Translations under genes and position numbers: made by a program | Shown here: piece after piece, positions 1 through 10,155 of the stretch | Position numbering within the stretch: position 1 is the stretch's first letter | Layout of the letters: each line of letters opens with the position of its first letter | The notes under the pieces: model-generated | Told to the model about the DNA's origin: nothing | The model's database searches: none | What the model saw: the letters and a program-made list of their open reading frames with translations, nothing else | Source of the DNA: Eubacteriales bacterium | GTDB taxonomy: Bacteria > Bacillota > Clostridia > Oscillospirales > CAG-272 | Length of the DNA stretch: 64,000 nucleotides | Direction: 5' to 3' | Assembly (NCBI GenBank): GCA_045645405.1 | Contig: JAZRIQ010000004.1 | Coordinates: forward strand, 5,817-69,816

Positions 1-1053
1 TAAAACGGAAGCGATTTTATCCGCTTCATATATGCAAGCTTCTCCGCAGGAATTGTATGTGTACAACTTGTCCTCATATAGGTAAACCGCTAAACCGTCT
101 TGACAAACGTTAGCTTCGATGCTAACCTGTTCTGTCATAACGCATTCGGGTGCTTTTGCGTCGGTATCTGCGCATTTCTCGTCACAAATGGAATCAAGAC
201 CGAATTTTTTTATGAGGGAGTTAAATTCCAACTTCAAAAAAAGAGAACGAAGCTTTGAAACGTCGGCACCGCTGTATTTGTATTCTTCAATATTGTTGGA
301 GATAGGCGCATTACAAACAATAGTAGCCAAAAACTTAGAGGTAAAAGCCATTTCTTGGCCGTTTTGCAGCTTTGTTTTTATACCTGCAGAAAGAGAAGAA
401 CTTTCGTAGCTTTCATAAAGCTTTTCAAGAGAGCCAAACTCTGAAATAAGCTTAAACGCACCCTTTTCACCAATACCAGCAACTCCGGGAATATTGTCAG
501 AGCTATCGCCCATTATTGCCTTAACGTCTATATATTGCGTTGGCGTCACACCGAAATCGGCAATGAATTTTTCTTCGTTATAAATAACGTCTTCTTTTGT
601 CTTTGTAAGAATTACAGAGGTGCTGTTATTTATCAACTGCAAGGAATCTCTGTCTCCTGTCAAAATGTAAGAGTGAACGTCGTTTTTATGCTCGAATCTT
701 GATGCAGTACCGATAAGGTCATCAGCCTCATAGCCCTCAAGCTCCATCATTTTTAAGCCTAAAAGTGAAAGACATTCCTTAGCATAAGGCAGTTGTATAG
801 CCAGCTCCTCAGGCATACCCTTTCTGTTAGCCTTATAAAAATCGCAAGCATTATGTCTGAAGGTTTTAGCCTTCAAATCCCACGCAACCATAACGTAGTC
901 CGGTTTTATAGCATCCAAATGCTTTTTAATCATATTCAGCATAGTGTATATAGCATTGGTTGGAATACCCTCTTTTGTAGTAAGAGGACGCAAATTACCG
1001 TAAAAGGCTCTGTTTAGTATGCTATTTCCGTCAACAATTAAAAAGTTTTTCAT
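1..1053 (-). CDS. polA: DNA polymerase I, N-terminal 5'-3' exonuclease part (partial; continues past the left edge)
   Basis: Absent from the ORF track because it has no stop inside the window. Reverse translation from the ATG at 1053 reads MKNFLIVDGNSILNRAFYG...TGDRDSLQL...DNIPGVAGIGEKGAFKL, typical of the Pol I FEN-like domain. Confidence 0.9.
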   Translation of the reverse strand, partial: MKNFLIVDGNSILNRAFYGNLRPLTTKEGIPTNAIYTMLNMIKKHLDAIKPDYVMVAWDLKAKTFRHNACDFYKANRKGMPEELAIQLPYAKECLSLLGLKMMELEGYEADDLIGTASRFEHKNDVHSYILTGDRDSLQLINNSTSVILTKTKEDVIYNEEKFIADFGVTPTQYIDVKAIMGDSSDNIPGVAGIGEKGAFKLISEFGSLEKLYESYESSSLSAGIKTKLQNGQEMAFTSKFLATIVCNAPISNNIEEYKYSGADVSKLRSLFLKLEFNSLIKKFGLDSICDEKCADTDAKAPECVMTEQVSIEANVCQDGLAVYLYEDKLYTYNSCGEACIYEADKIASVL

Positions 1054-1316
1054 TATCTATCCTCGTTTTGCTCATTCAAAGCAAGCTCAATTCCTTGTGC
1101 AAGTTGGTCAGCGCAGGACGTACCTCTGCCACGGCAATCATTTCCCCTTAAAATTTCAATTACCTTGGTGGCATCCATTCCTTCAACTAACTTGCAAATA
1201 GCCTTTAAATTTCCGTCACATCCGCCTGTAAATGAAACGTTTGATAATTTCCCGTTTTCCAAGTCAAATTTTATCGCAATAGAGCAAACTCTCTTTGGTT
1301 TAAAGGTATATGTCAT
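1053..1316 (-). CDS. TSCPD-domain small protein (TIGR03905-like, 4-Cys)
   Basis: Track ORF 1053..1379. The internal Met at 1316 gives MTYTFKPKRVCS..FTGGCDGNLKAI..CRGRGTSCADQL. Its TAA stop shares one base with the polA ATG (TAATG). Confidence 0.7.
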   Translation of the reverse strand: MTYTFKPKRVCSIAIKFDLENGKLSNVSFTGGCDGNLKAICKLVEGMDATKVIEILRGNDCRGRGTSCADQLAQGIELALNEQNEDR

Positions 1317-1418
1317 AAAAAACCCCCATAAATTAAAAAAAGTGTAGAAATAAAATAAAAAGTATGATAAAATACACATTGTAACTTTATTTTAACAAAA
1401 AGCGGAGAAAATATCAAT

Positions 1419-2159
1419 ATGAGAATGAGAAAAAAATCACACGGAAACGAAAGAAGAGAGCTATTATCCAATTTAACTGTAAATTCAACGGAAGGCTTCG
1501 TTGAAAATGCAGAACAAATATTTGGAAATAAAAATCCGTTAAGAATTGAGATAGGCTGCGGTAAAGGCGATTTTATAAGAGGTAAATCCGTTCAAGAGCC
1601 GGGATATAATTATCTTGCAATAGAAAAAATTGATGACGTTTGTGTTTTAGCAGTTGAAAATTACGCTCGCTCCAGAGGACTTGGAGAACTTGCTAAAAAT
1701 GGAGGTTGGGAAAGACCTGACGGTGAAATATATCCACTTGGCTCCGAGCCTATTGAATTTACAAAAGAAGAAATGGGAAACGTGCGTTTTATAGCAGGAG
1801 ATGCTAAATTTCTCTTGACTAATTTTCCCGATAATTCCGTAGATGCTATTTACGTTAACTTCTGCGACCCTTGGAGTAAAAAAGGACATACAAAGCGCCG
1901 CCTTACTTATATCGAATTTTTAAAGATGTATTCAAGAATTTTAGTACCAAACGGCACCTTTAATTTTAAAACAGACAATAGACCTCTATTTGACTTCTCA
2001 TTAGAAGAGGTCGAAAAGTCTCCATTCAATCTCGAGTACCATACTTTTGATTTACACAATTCCGAAATGGACGCAACAAATATTCGTACCGAATATGAGC
2101 GTAACTTCAGCGCAAAAGGCTTTAGTATCAATATGCTTGTTGCTAAAAACAATAAATAG
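1419..2159 (+). CDS. trmB: tRNA (guanine46-N7)-methyltransferase
   Basis: MRMRKK N-terminus, EIGCGKGDF SAM motif, NFCDPWSKKGHTKRRL and FKTDN motifs. GGAG lies 11 nt upstream of the ATG. Confidence 0.9.
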   Translation: MRMRKKSHGNERRELLSNLTVNSTEGFVENAEQIFGNKNPLRIEIGCGKGDFIRGKSVQEPGYNYLAIEKIDDVCVLAVENYARSRGLGELAKNGGWERPDGEIYPLGSEPIEFTKEEMGNVRFIAGDAKFLLTNFPDNSVDAIYVNFCDPWSKKGHTKRRLTYIEFLKMYSRILVPNGTFNFKTDNRPLFDFSLEEVEKSPFNLEYHTFDLHNSEMDATNIRTEYERNFSAKGFSINMLVAKNNK

Positions 2160-2163
2160 TGAC

Positions 2164-2421
2164 ATGGATTACAAACAATTATTTATAACCATAGGGATTA
2201 TTGTTGTAGTTACCGCTTTATATTTTGTGTTTAGAAAATTTATTTCATGGGCAATAGACGATGATGTAAAGTATCACAAAAAGCAAGGACATTTAGGACC
2301 TACAAAAGAACGCACTAAAAATCGTAAACAATTAGCAACCGATAAACTAACGGGTGGATACGCAGTAGTTATCTTTGTTTTAGTATTGTATATCATCAAA
2401 TTGATTATTGATGCAAAATAA
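2164..2421 (+). CDS. Small hypothetical membrane protein (two predicted TM segments)
   Basis: The ATG at 2164 within track ORF 2047..2421 gives MDYKQLFITIGIIVVVTALYF... A terminator follows. Confidence 0.45.
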   Translation: MDYKQLFITIGIIVVVTALYFVFRKFISWAIDDDVKYHKKQGHLGPTKERTKNRKQLATDKLTGGYAVVIFVLVLYIIKLIIDAK

Positions 2422-2431
2422 TAAATTTATG

Positions 2432-2460
2432 GAGGCAAAATTATTGCCTCTTTTTTATTT
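2432..2460 (+). terminator. Rho-independent terminator
   Basis: GAGGCAA/TTGCCTC hairpin followed by TTTTTT. Confidence 0.6.
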
Positions 2461-2488
2461 GTTGCATAATATGTAGTTGAGGTGAAAT

Positions 2489-3169
2489 ATGAACATTACA
2501 ATTATATCAAATGATAAAAGATACGAATATCTAAATGAACAATTGAATGAATTAGAATATAACTCTAAATTAGCAAATATAAATGATACGATAGATACAG
2601 ACATGCTTATTTTATCGGTAAGAAAAGAGTATACCGATAACGAATATAACTCGCTTTTTGAAAGAAGTAAAATTAAAATAGTTTTATCGCCTAAGTATAT
2701 AGAAAATTCAATAGACTATACTGACAACGAAGATTTTCTTAAGAAAAATGCATACTTAACGGCAGAAGGAGCAATAGCTCTTTACTATAACGAGGTAAAA
2801 GAAACGTTACTTAACAAAAAAGTTCTTATTTTGGGCTACGGCAGAATAGGAAAATATTTATCTAAAATGTTGAAAGCATTAAATTGCAACGTGTCTGTAT
2901 TTGCAAGAAGAAAAGATGTGCAGAACGAAATAGTATTAGACGGATATAATTCGGCACAGTTAAAAAATGACAACTACGACGTTGTTTTCAATACAATTCC
3001 AACCGTAATTGTAAAAAATGAATTTAACGATTGTACATGTATTGAACTTGCAAACGGATTTTCAAACAAGGAAAACGTAATAAACGGAAATGGAATACCT
3101 GGAAAAATGTTTCCTAAAACAGCATCAAAAATAATTTTAGACGCAATATTACCATATTTATCAATTTGA
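2489..3169 (+). CDS. dpaA: Dipicolinate synthase subunit A
   Basis: Rossmann motif VLILGYGRIGKYL. Sits directly upstream of dpaB; the N-terminal layout is typical of SpoVFA-like proteins. Confidence 0.7.
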   Translation: MNITIISNDKRYEYLNEQLNELEYNSKLANINDTIDTDMLILSVRKEYTDNEYNSLFERSKIKIVLSPKYIENSIDYTDNEDFLKKNAYLTAEGAIALYYNEVKETLLNKKVLILGYGRIGKYLSKMLKALNCNVSVFARRKDVQNEIVLDGYNSAQLKNDNYDVVFNTIPTVIVKNEFNDCTCIELANGFSNKENVINGNGIPGKMFPKTASKIILDAILPYLSI

Positions 3170-3179
3170 GAGGGACAAT

Positions 3180-3740
3180 ATGATTGGTTATGCATTTTGC
3201 GGTTCTTTTTGTACTCACAAAAGAAGTGTTGAGGAATTAAAAAAACTAAAAAGCTTAGGCTACGATATATTACCTATAATGAGCGAGAATGTATATAACA
3301 CCGACACGCATTTCGGTAAATCACAGGACTTAATAAAAGAGGTTGAGAGTATAACGGAAAAGAAGGTTATACATTCAATAGTAGATGCCGAACCGTTAGG
3401 ACCTAAAATACATCTTGACGCATTAGTTGTAGCTCCGTGTACAGGTAATACTCTTGCGAAAATAGCAAGAGGAATAACGGATACCTCTGTAACAATGGCA
3501 ACAAAAGCGCATTTGCGCTCAGATAGACCGACAGTTATAGCATTATGCTCAAATGATGCACTATCTGCCAACCTTCAAAACATAAGTATTTTGCTTGAAA
3601 GAAAAAACGTATTTTTTGTACCAATGAAGCAGGATGACGTAAGCAAAAAACCGCATTCGTTAGTTTCAGAGTTTTCGCTATTGCACGAAACATTAAAAGG
3701 AGCATTAGTGTCAAAACAGGTAAGACCGCTTTTTATATAA
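3180..3740 (+). CDS. dpaB: Dipicolinate synthase subunit B (flavoprotein)
   Basis: MIGYAFCGSFCT N-terminus and VAPCTGNTLAKIA motif, typical of SpoVFB. Confidence 0.85.
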   Translation: MIGYAFCGSFCTHKRSVEELKKLKSLGYDILPIMSENVYNTDTHFGKSQDLIKEVESITEKKVIHSIVDAEPLGPKIHLDALVVAPCTGNTLAKIARGITDTSVTMATKAHLRSDRPTVIALCSNDALSANLQNISILLERKNVFFVPMKQDDVSKKPHSLVSEFSLLHETLKGALVSKQVRPLFI

Positions 3741-3744
3741 TTTT

Positions 3745-3770
3745 GGAGACAATACTGTCTCCTTTTTCTT
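3745..3770 (+). terminator. Rho-independent terminator
   Basis: GGAGACA/TGTCTCC hairpin followed by a T-run. Confidence 0.7.
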
Positions 3771-3840
3771 TATTCAGATTGACAACAAAGAATATTTATG
3801 CTAAAATTTTAAAAAAGTTAGTTATCGAGAGGAACTTGCT

Positions 3841-4923
3841 GTGGAAAATAAAGTAGTTAAGCTTGGAGTAGTAGGATTAAAAAGAGGAGCTTATGTTGCG
3901 TGGACGGTAATAGGAGACAAAAACGTTGTTATCCGTGCAGTCGCAGATAGCGACCCGGACACCCTAAAAGCATGCAAGGAAGATTACGAAAAAAACGGAG
4001 TGAAAGATTTTCTTTGCTTTGATAATATTGAAGATTTGTTAAAAAGCGACATAGACGCGGTATATATCGCTACCGATAAGCCTTTACATACAAAGCATAC
4101 TTTAATGGCGCTTGAAGCAGGAAAGCATGTTTTAAGTGAAATACCTTCAATTGAAACGTTGGAAGAGGCAAAAATTCTTCGCGATGCAGTTAAAGCTCAT
4201 CCGAATCTTAAATATATGGCAGGAGAAAACTGCTTCTATTGGGCATTTATAGAAGCGTGGAAGAAAATGTACGAGGAAGGTAAATTCGGCGAGATTCTAT
4301 ACGCTGAATCAGAATATCTTCATGCAACGCATCCTGATGAAATAAAACCGTATAAGCCCGAAAATCATTGGAGAAGATATAATCCTGCAATAACGTACTT
4401 AACTCACAATTTAGGGCCGCTTCTTTACATTATGAATGACCGTTGTGTAAGCGTTTCGTGTATGGTTCCGGACTCAGCAAAATACAACCCGTATAGTGAC
4501 GGGAATGAGAATGGGATAGCAATTTTTAAAACTGCAAAGGGTGCTGTAATCCGTATATTTATTGGTTTTGGTATGTATGTAGGATACGACCATAATTTTG
4601 CCATGTACGGAACAAAAGGCTCAATCCTTACCGATAAAACAAAGCCATTAGAAGAAGCAACGTCATTTGCAAAAATGTATGAAATTCCAAACACCTTTGA
4701 AAAATTCTTTGAAATACCGGTTAAACTTTCAAATACAGGCGATGTTTACGGCCACGGTGGTGTTGATGCAAAAATGATGCGTGAATTTATAAAGTGCATT
4801 ATTGATGATACTGAACCGCCAATTGACGTAGATATGGGCATAAGAATTTCACTTCCGGGAATAATTGCCGCTGAATCAGCCAAACGCGGTGGAGAGCTTC
4901 TTGAAATTCCCGAAATTAAATGA
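3841..4923 (+). CDS. Gfo/Idh/MocA family oxidoreductase
   Basis: GTG start. N-terminal Rossmann region KLGVVGLKRG and the EIP motif region HVLSEIP. Confidence 0.8.
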   Translation: MENKVVKLGVVGLKRGAYVAWTVIGDKNVVIRAVADSDPDTLKACKEDYEKNGVKDFLCFDNIEDLLKSDIDAVYIATDKPLHTKHTLMALEAGKHVLSEIPSIETLEEAKILRDAVKAHPNLKYMAGENCFYWAFIEAWKKMYEEGKFGEILYAESEYLHATHPDEIKPYKPENHWRRYNPAITYLTHNLGPLLYIMNDRCVSVSCMVPDSAKYNPYSDGNENGIAIFKTAKGAVIRIFIGFGMYVGYDHNFAMYGTKGSILTDKTKPLEEATSFAKMYEIPNTFEKFFEIPVKLSNTGDVYGHGGVDAKMMREFIKCIIDDTEPPIDVDMGIRISLPGIIAAESAKRGGELLEIPEIK

Positions 4924-4933
4924 AGGAGACAAA

Positions 4934-5980
4934 ATGAGAAAAATAATTGATAGCCATTTACATATATCAAGAACAGAAAACAAGGACTATATTGCATGCT
5001 TTGATAATTACATTGAAAGCTGCAATGTTGATGCGGTAAATATATGTTCAATTCCTTTTGGCCGTTCAAACGTGTGCAACAATATTATGCTTGGCTTTTA
5101 TAAGCTCGCAAGACCAAATACCTACGTTCATGCAGGCATTGAGCTTCTTGAAATTCCTATTGACAATATGCCATCCAATATGGACGCTTTAACTCAATAT
5201 AAAGAGCTTATGGAAATAGGATTTGATGGTATAAAAATGCTTGAAGGTAAGCCCACAGAGCATAAAAAAATCGGCAAAAATTTAAACCATAAAGAGCTTA
5301 ACAAAATGTATAAGCAAATGGAGAAAGACGGCACTCACGTAATAATGCACGTTAATGATCCTGACGAATTTTGGGACTTAAAAAGAGCGCCACAATGGGC
5401 AATTGATTGCGGTTGGACTTATACCGACGGTACATACACTTCTTATAAGGATGTAAGAGATCAGGCAATAAAAATTCTTGAGGACTATCCTGATATTTCT
5501 ATGACCTACGCCCATTTCTTTTTCTGTAGTAAAGAACCTGAAATTTTAGAAGATTTATTTAAGAAATATCCTAATTTCTGTGTTGACTTAACGCCTGGCG
5601 GAGAAATGTACGTAGAATTTGAGAAAAATTATGAATTTTATAAAGAATTTTTTAATAAGTATTCCGATAAACTTATTTTCGGTACAGACCGTAGCTTTAT
5701 TTGTGACCATAAGTATGCAGATTGGCAATTTAATCTCGTAACCAACTTTGTTGGCACAGACAAAACAACAGTTAGCTTTGATAATAAAGAATTAAAGGGA
5801 CTTGGTCTTTCGCAAGAAAAAGCAGACAACATTCTTTTTGGTAACTTTGAAAGAAGAGTAGGCTCCGCACCGAAAACAATTGATAAAGAAAAGTTTAAGG
5901 CTTACATTGAAAAATATTCCTTCGCTGTGAAAGACGAGGAAATGAAAAACATTAAACAGCTTATGGAAAAATATCTGTAA
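4934..5980 (+). CDS. Amidohydrolase-family (TIM-barrel metal hydrolase) protein
   Basis: The ATG at 4934 after AAGGAG gives MRKIIDSHLHI (HxH metal motif). The track ORF start at 4865 lies inside the upstream gene. Confidence 0.65.
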   Translation: MRKIIDSHLHISRTENKDYIACFDNYIESCNVDAVNICSIPFGRSNVCNNIMLGFYKLARPNTYVHAGIELLEIPIDNMPSNMDALTQYKELMEIGFDGIKMLEGKPTEHKKIGKNLNHKELNKMYKQMEKDGTHVIMHVNDPDEFWDLKRAPQWAIDCGWTYTDGTYTSYKDVRDQAIKILEDYPDISMTYAHFFFCSKEPEILEDLFKKYPNFCVDLTPGGEMYVEFEKNYEFYKEFFNKYSDKLIFGTDRSFICDHKYADWQFNLVTNFVGTDKTTVSFDNKELKGLGLSQEKADNILFGNFERRVGSAPKTIDKEKFKAYIEKYSFAVKDEEMKNIKQLMEKYL

Positions 5981-6004
5981 AAACTAAAAGATTAAAGAAA
6001 AGAT

Positions 6005-6050
6005 AACACCGACAGACTTTTGAAAATCTGTCGGTGTTATTGTTTGTTTT
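6005..6050 (+). terminator. Rho-independent terminator
   Basis: 12-bp stem AACACCGACAGA/TCTGTCGGTGTT followed by a T-rich tail. Confidence 0.75.
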
Positions 6051-6149
6051 CTGCGTATTAAATTCTTACTTTATGCTAACGAAAAGTTGAGAACGCCCGT
6101 TTTACAACGTATTTTATTACATTCTTATGAGAAGTTTTTATATATTAAA

Positions 6150-6608
6150 TTACACAAGGCCCTCGAAATTTTTTTGCCTTAAATATTCGTATACCGCAAT
6201 AGCGCATGAGTTCGATTGATTTAACGAGCGCAGCCCCTCCTTCATAGGAATGCGCAAGCATCTATCGGGGTATTTATCTAATAAATCTTCAGGCAATCCA
6301 CAGCTTTCACGTCCGAAAAACAAATAAACGTCATCGTTATATTTAATATCAGTGTATCTGTTTTTAGATTTTTTTGAGAATAAATAAAAATTACAATCGG
6401 GATTTTTCTCAAAAAACTCATCTAAATTCTCATAGTAAAAAATATCCAAATGGAACCAATAGTCCATTCCTGCGCGCTTTAGCTTTGCGTTATCGATAGT
6501 AAATCCGAATGGCTTAATCATATGTAGTCTTGCGCCACTTGAAGCACATGTGCGAGCAATATTTCCTGTATTTTGCGGAATTTCAGGCTCTAAAAGTACA
6601 ATATTCAA
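6150..6608 (-). CDS. trmL: tRNA (cytidine/uridine34-2'-O)-methyltransferase (SpoU/TrmL type)
   Basis: NIVLLEPEIPQNTGNIARTCA N-terminus. The likely start is the TTG at 6608, 9 nt after GAGGTG; the track start at 6620 overlaps the SD itself. Confidence 0.85.
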   Translation of the reverse strand: MNIVLLEPEIPQNTGNIARTCASSGARLHMIKPFGFTIDNAKLKRAGMDYWFHLDIFYYENLDEFFEKNPDCNFYLFSKKSKNRYTDIKYNDDVYLFFGRESCGLPEDLLDKYPDRCLRIPMKEGLRSLNQSNSCAIAVYEYLRQKNFEGLV

Positions 6609-6772
6609 CAAAAAAATCACCTCAAATCAATTATACAGTTAAAAAAACAAATGTCAATACCAAAAAAGTCTACAAAAATATAAAAGTTACAAAATAGTAT
6701 AGATTTTTTTTGTTTCTTATAGTATAATATATTTTGTATATCTATGAAAGGAAACCGAATTTGGTAATTTTT

Positions 6773-9526
6773 ATGGGACTTTTAACGAAAGTTTTTGGAA
6801 CGTACAGCGATAGACAAATTAAAAAAATTATTCCTATCGTTGATAAAATAGAAGCGTTAGAGGAAGATATCCTAAAGCTTTCCGACGCGGAAATGAAATT
6901 GAAAACCAAAGAATTTAAAAATCGACTTTCAAATGGTGAAACGCTTGATGATATTTTGCCCGAGGCGTATGCTTTAGTACGCGAAGCATCTAAAAGAGTT
7001 CTTGGGAAAAGACCGTTCAGAGTTCAGCTTATGTGCGGTATTCTTTTGCATCAAGGCAGAATAGCAGAAATGAAAACAGGTGAAGGTAAAACTCTTGTTG
7101 CTGTTTTGCCATCATATCTTAATGCATTGACAGGTAATGGCGTTCATGTAGTTACCGTTAACGATTATCTTGCTCGCTTAGGCTGTGAGGAAATGGGAAG
7201 AGTTCATGAATTTTTGGGCCTTACCACAGGACTTGTTATTCACGGACAGACAAGAGAGCAAAAGAAATACGCATATAATTGCGACATTACTTATGGAACA
7301 AATAATGAATTCGGATTTGACTACCTTCGTGACAATATGGTGACGTATAAGGATGATATGAGTCAAAGAGGTCACTCCTTTGCCATTGTTGACGAGGTTG
7401 ACTCAATTCTTATTGATGAAGCAAGAACTCCTCTTATAATCTCCGGTGCAGGTCAGAAATCAACTGATTTGTATGATAGAGCTGACGAGCTTGTTCGTAA
7501 ATTCCGAAAATTCATTATCAAAGAGCTTGATATGAAGGTTGAGCACGAGGATGTTGAAGAGGATTACATTATTGATGAAAAAGCGAAAACTGCTACACTT
7601 ACAAAGCACGGTATAGAAAAGGCAGAAAAGTTTTTCAATGTTGAAAACCTGGCTGATAATGAAAATAACGAGCTTTATCATCATATTCAACAGGCGTTAA
7701 AGGCTCACGGTATTATGCATAGGGATACTGACTATGTAATTAAGGATGGACAAGTAATAATTGTTGATACCTTTACAGGTCGTCTTATGCCGGGCAGAAG
7801 ATATTCTGACGGTCTACACCAGGCTATTGAAGCAAAAGAAAAGGTTAAGATTCAAAGAGAAAACAGAACTATTGCTACGATTACGTTTCAAAATTATTTC
7901 AGAATGTATAAGAAGCTGTCAGGTATGACAGGAACTGCACTATCTGAAGAAAATGAATTTAGAGAAATTTATGATTTAGACGTAGTAGTAGTGCCAACCA
8001 ATAAGCCTATGATAAGGGTTGACCACAACGATGTTGTTTATAAGAGCATAGTGGGCAAGGATAGAGCAATTATTGCTCAAATCAAAGAGTGTCACGCGAA
8101 GGGGCAGCCTGTTCTTGTAGGTACTGTTTCCATAGAAAAATCAGAAGCATTATCAAGAAAGCTAAAGGGAGCAGGAATACCTCATACCGTTCTTAACGCA
8201 AAATATCATGAAAGAGAAGCGGAAATCGTTGCACAGGCAGGTAAGCTTGGCGCGGTCACTATCTCAACCAATATGGCAGGACGCGGTACTGATATTATGC
8301 TTGGCGGTAACGCTGAATACCTTGCTAAAAGAAAAATGAGAGAAGACGGCTATGACGAAGAAACCGTTGCACTCGCAACGGGAAGCTCTCAATCGGTTTC
8401 TGAAGAAATATTTGAAGCAAGAAAGGTATTTTCTGATCTTTATAAGAAATTTAAAGTAGAAATAGAACCGGAAGCCGAGAAGGTAAGAGAAGCCGGAGGT
8501 CTGTTTATAATCGGTACGGAAAGACATGAAAGCCGCCGAATAGACAATCAGCTAAGAGGTCGTTCGGGCCGTCAGGGAGACCCGGGAGAATCACGCTTCT
8601 TTATTTCTCTTGAAGATGATCTTATGCGTCTTTTTGGAAGCGAAAGAATAATTGGTATAGTTTCACGTCTTGGTCTTGATGATGATACTCCGATAGATGC
8701 TAAAATTTTATCAGGGCAAATTGAAAATGCACAAAAGCGTTTAGAGGATAGAAACTTCCACCGTCGTAAAAACGTCCTTTCTTATGATGACGTAATGAAT
8801 CAGCAAAGGAATGTTATTTATTCTCAAAGAGCCGAGGTTTTAGATGGTGCTGATCTTCATAACAAAATCGAAAATATGATAAGAAATACCGTAACCGAGG
8901 CAGTTTCAACCCATTTATCGGGCGACAGAGAAGCGTGGGAGTTAAACGCTTTAAAATCTAAGTATATGGGACTGCTTTGTAATGAAAATGATTTCATTGA
9001 AGAAAATATTTCAAAGGATGAAATCCTTAATGTGTTGCTTGAAAGAGCAATGATTTTGTGGAAGAGCAAGGAAGAGCTATTCGGCATTGAAGGCGCAAGA
9101 GAGGTAGAAAGAATAATTCTTTTGCGTAATGTTGATGAAAAGTGGATGGATCACTTGGAGGCTATGGATGACCTTCGTGAAAGCATAGGACTTCAGGCTT
9201 ACGCTCAAAGAGATCCTCTTAACGAGTATAAGCTTGCAGGTGCGGATATTTTTGATGAAATGATTTTAAATATCAGAGACGATACGTCAAGAGGCATCTT
9301 AATGGCTGTGCCGAAAGCGCAACCGTTGAAGCGCGTTCAAATAGTAAAACCAACTGATGAAGGCTTTATGAACTTTGGAGAAAATCAACCAAAGAAGCAA
9401 TCACCTAATAAACCTGCTCCAATGAAAAACGAAAACAAGGTAGGACCAAATGAGCCCTGTCCGTGCGGTAGCGGTAAAAAGTATAAAAAATGTTGTGGCT
9501 CTCCACTTTTGAGAGGTCAACAGTAA
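6773..9526 (+). CDS. secA: Preprotein translocase ATPase SecA
   Basis: The Met at 6773 gives MGLLTKVFG. Contains MKTGEGKT Walker [19 protein letters not shown], and the C-terminal zinc motif [14 protein letters not shown]. Confidence 0.97.
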   Translation: MGLLTKVFGTYSDRQIKKIIPIVDKIEALEEDILKLSDAEMKLKTKEFKNRLSNGETLDDILPEAYALVREASKRVLGKRPFRVQLMCGILLHQGRIAEMKTGEGKTLVAVLPSYLNALTGNGVHVVTVNDYLARLGCEEMGRVHEFLGLTTGLVIHGQTREQKKYAYNCDITYGTNNEFGFDYLRDNMVTYKDDMSQRGHSFAIVDEVDSILIDEARTPLIISGAGQKSTDLYDRADELVRKFRKFIIKELDMKVEHEDVEEDYIIDEKAKTATLTKHGIEKAEKFFNVENLADNENNELYHHIQQALKAHGIMHRDTDYVIKDGQVIIVDTFTGRLMPGRRYSDGLHQAIEAKEKVKIQRENRTIATITFQNYFRMYKKLSGMTGTALSEENEFREIYDLDVVVVPTNKPMIRVDHNDVVYKSIVGKDRAIIAQIKECHAKGQPVLVGTVSIEKSEALSRKLKGAGIPHTVLNAKYHEREAEIVAQAGKLGAVTISTNMAGRGTDIMLGGNAEYLAKRKMREDGYDEETVALATGSSQSVSEEIFEARKVFSDLYKKFKVEIEPEAEKVREAGGLFIIGTERHESRRIDNQLRGRSGRQGDPGESRFFISLEDDLMRLFGSERIIGIVSRLGLDDDTPIDAKILSGQIENAQKRLEDRNFHRRKNVLSYDDVMNQQRNVIYSQRAEVLDGADLHNKIENMIRNTVTEAVSTHLSGDREAWELNALKSKYMGLLCNENDFIEENISKDEILNVLLERAMILWKSKEELFGIEGAREVERIILLRNVDEKWMDHLEAMDDLRESIGLQAYAQRDPLNEYKLAGADIFDEMILNIRDDTSRGILMAVPKAQPLKRVQIVKPTDEGFMNFGENQPKKQSPNKPAPMKNENKVGPNEPCPCGSGKKYKKCCGSPLLRGQQ

Positions 9527-10155
9527 TGGGTTTTGGTATTTTATTCATTGGTTATTTCTTCACTTATGTCGGTGCAATAACTCCGTTTTCGGAATTCACT
9601 TATGTATTTGGTGCCGGAGTTATTATTTATTCCCTTAAAAATCTTATTTATGAGAATAAATTTTTTGGCACGGCTATGATTGCTTCAATTTTCTTGGAGG
9701 CTGTTAGCGTGGCTAAAATGATTTTGTCTGTATTCGGCTATATAAATACCGTTTCTTATACAGTAACTGAAAATATTCAGTCTTATTTAGCCTCAATTAC
9801 TGCCATTTTACTTGTAATAGCGATTTATTGTATTTCAAAGCAGGTAGGTTTATTTAAGGTACAGGCTAAATCAATTGTAGATTTAATTCTTTTTGGAATT
9901 TATATTTTTGGTGAAATAGTATGTAATGTTGTAAATAATGACTTTATTAAGCAAAGACTTTTAATTGTAAGCTTAATGGCATTTTATATCTGCACACTGT
10001 TTACACTTGTAATAATATTTAATTGCTATGTAAGAATTTGCTATGAGGGAGATGAAAATATGGATAGCGAACCCAATAACAAATTTCTTGCCTATCTTAA
10101 CAGAATATTAGATAAGGTTATGAGTAAAAACAATAAAACGGGTAAGAAAAAATGA
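9526..10155 (+). CDS. Hypothetical polytopic membrane protein
   Basis: The ATG shares a base with the secA TAA (TAATG). There are about 6 hydrophobic segments and a basic C-terminal tail. Confidence 0.6.
   Translation: MGFGILFIGYFFTYVGAITPFSEFTYVFGAGVIIYSLKNLIYENKFFGTAMIASIFLEAVSVAKMILSVFGYINTVSYTVTENIQSYLASITAILLVIAIYCISKQVGLFKVQAKSIVDLILFGIYIFGEIVCNVVNNDFIKQRLLIVSLMAFYICTLFTLVIIFNCYVRICYEGDENMDSEPNNKFLAYLNRILDKVMSKNNKTGKKK

Noticed and set aside
2440-2488. Possible sigma-K-type -10 element (GCATAATATG) upstream of dpaA
   Set aside because: It is only a partial match to CATA---TA, and no clear -35 AC element lies at the correct spacing. It cannot be supported from sequence alone.
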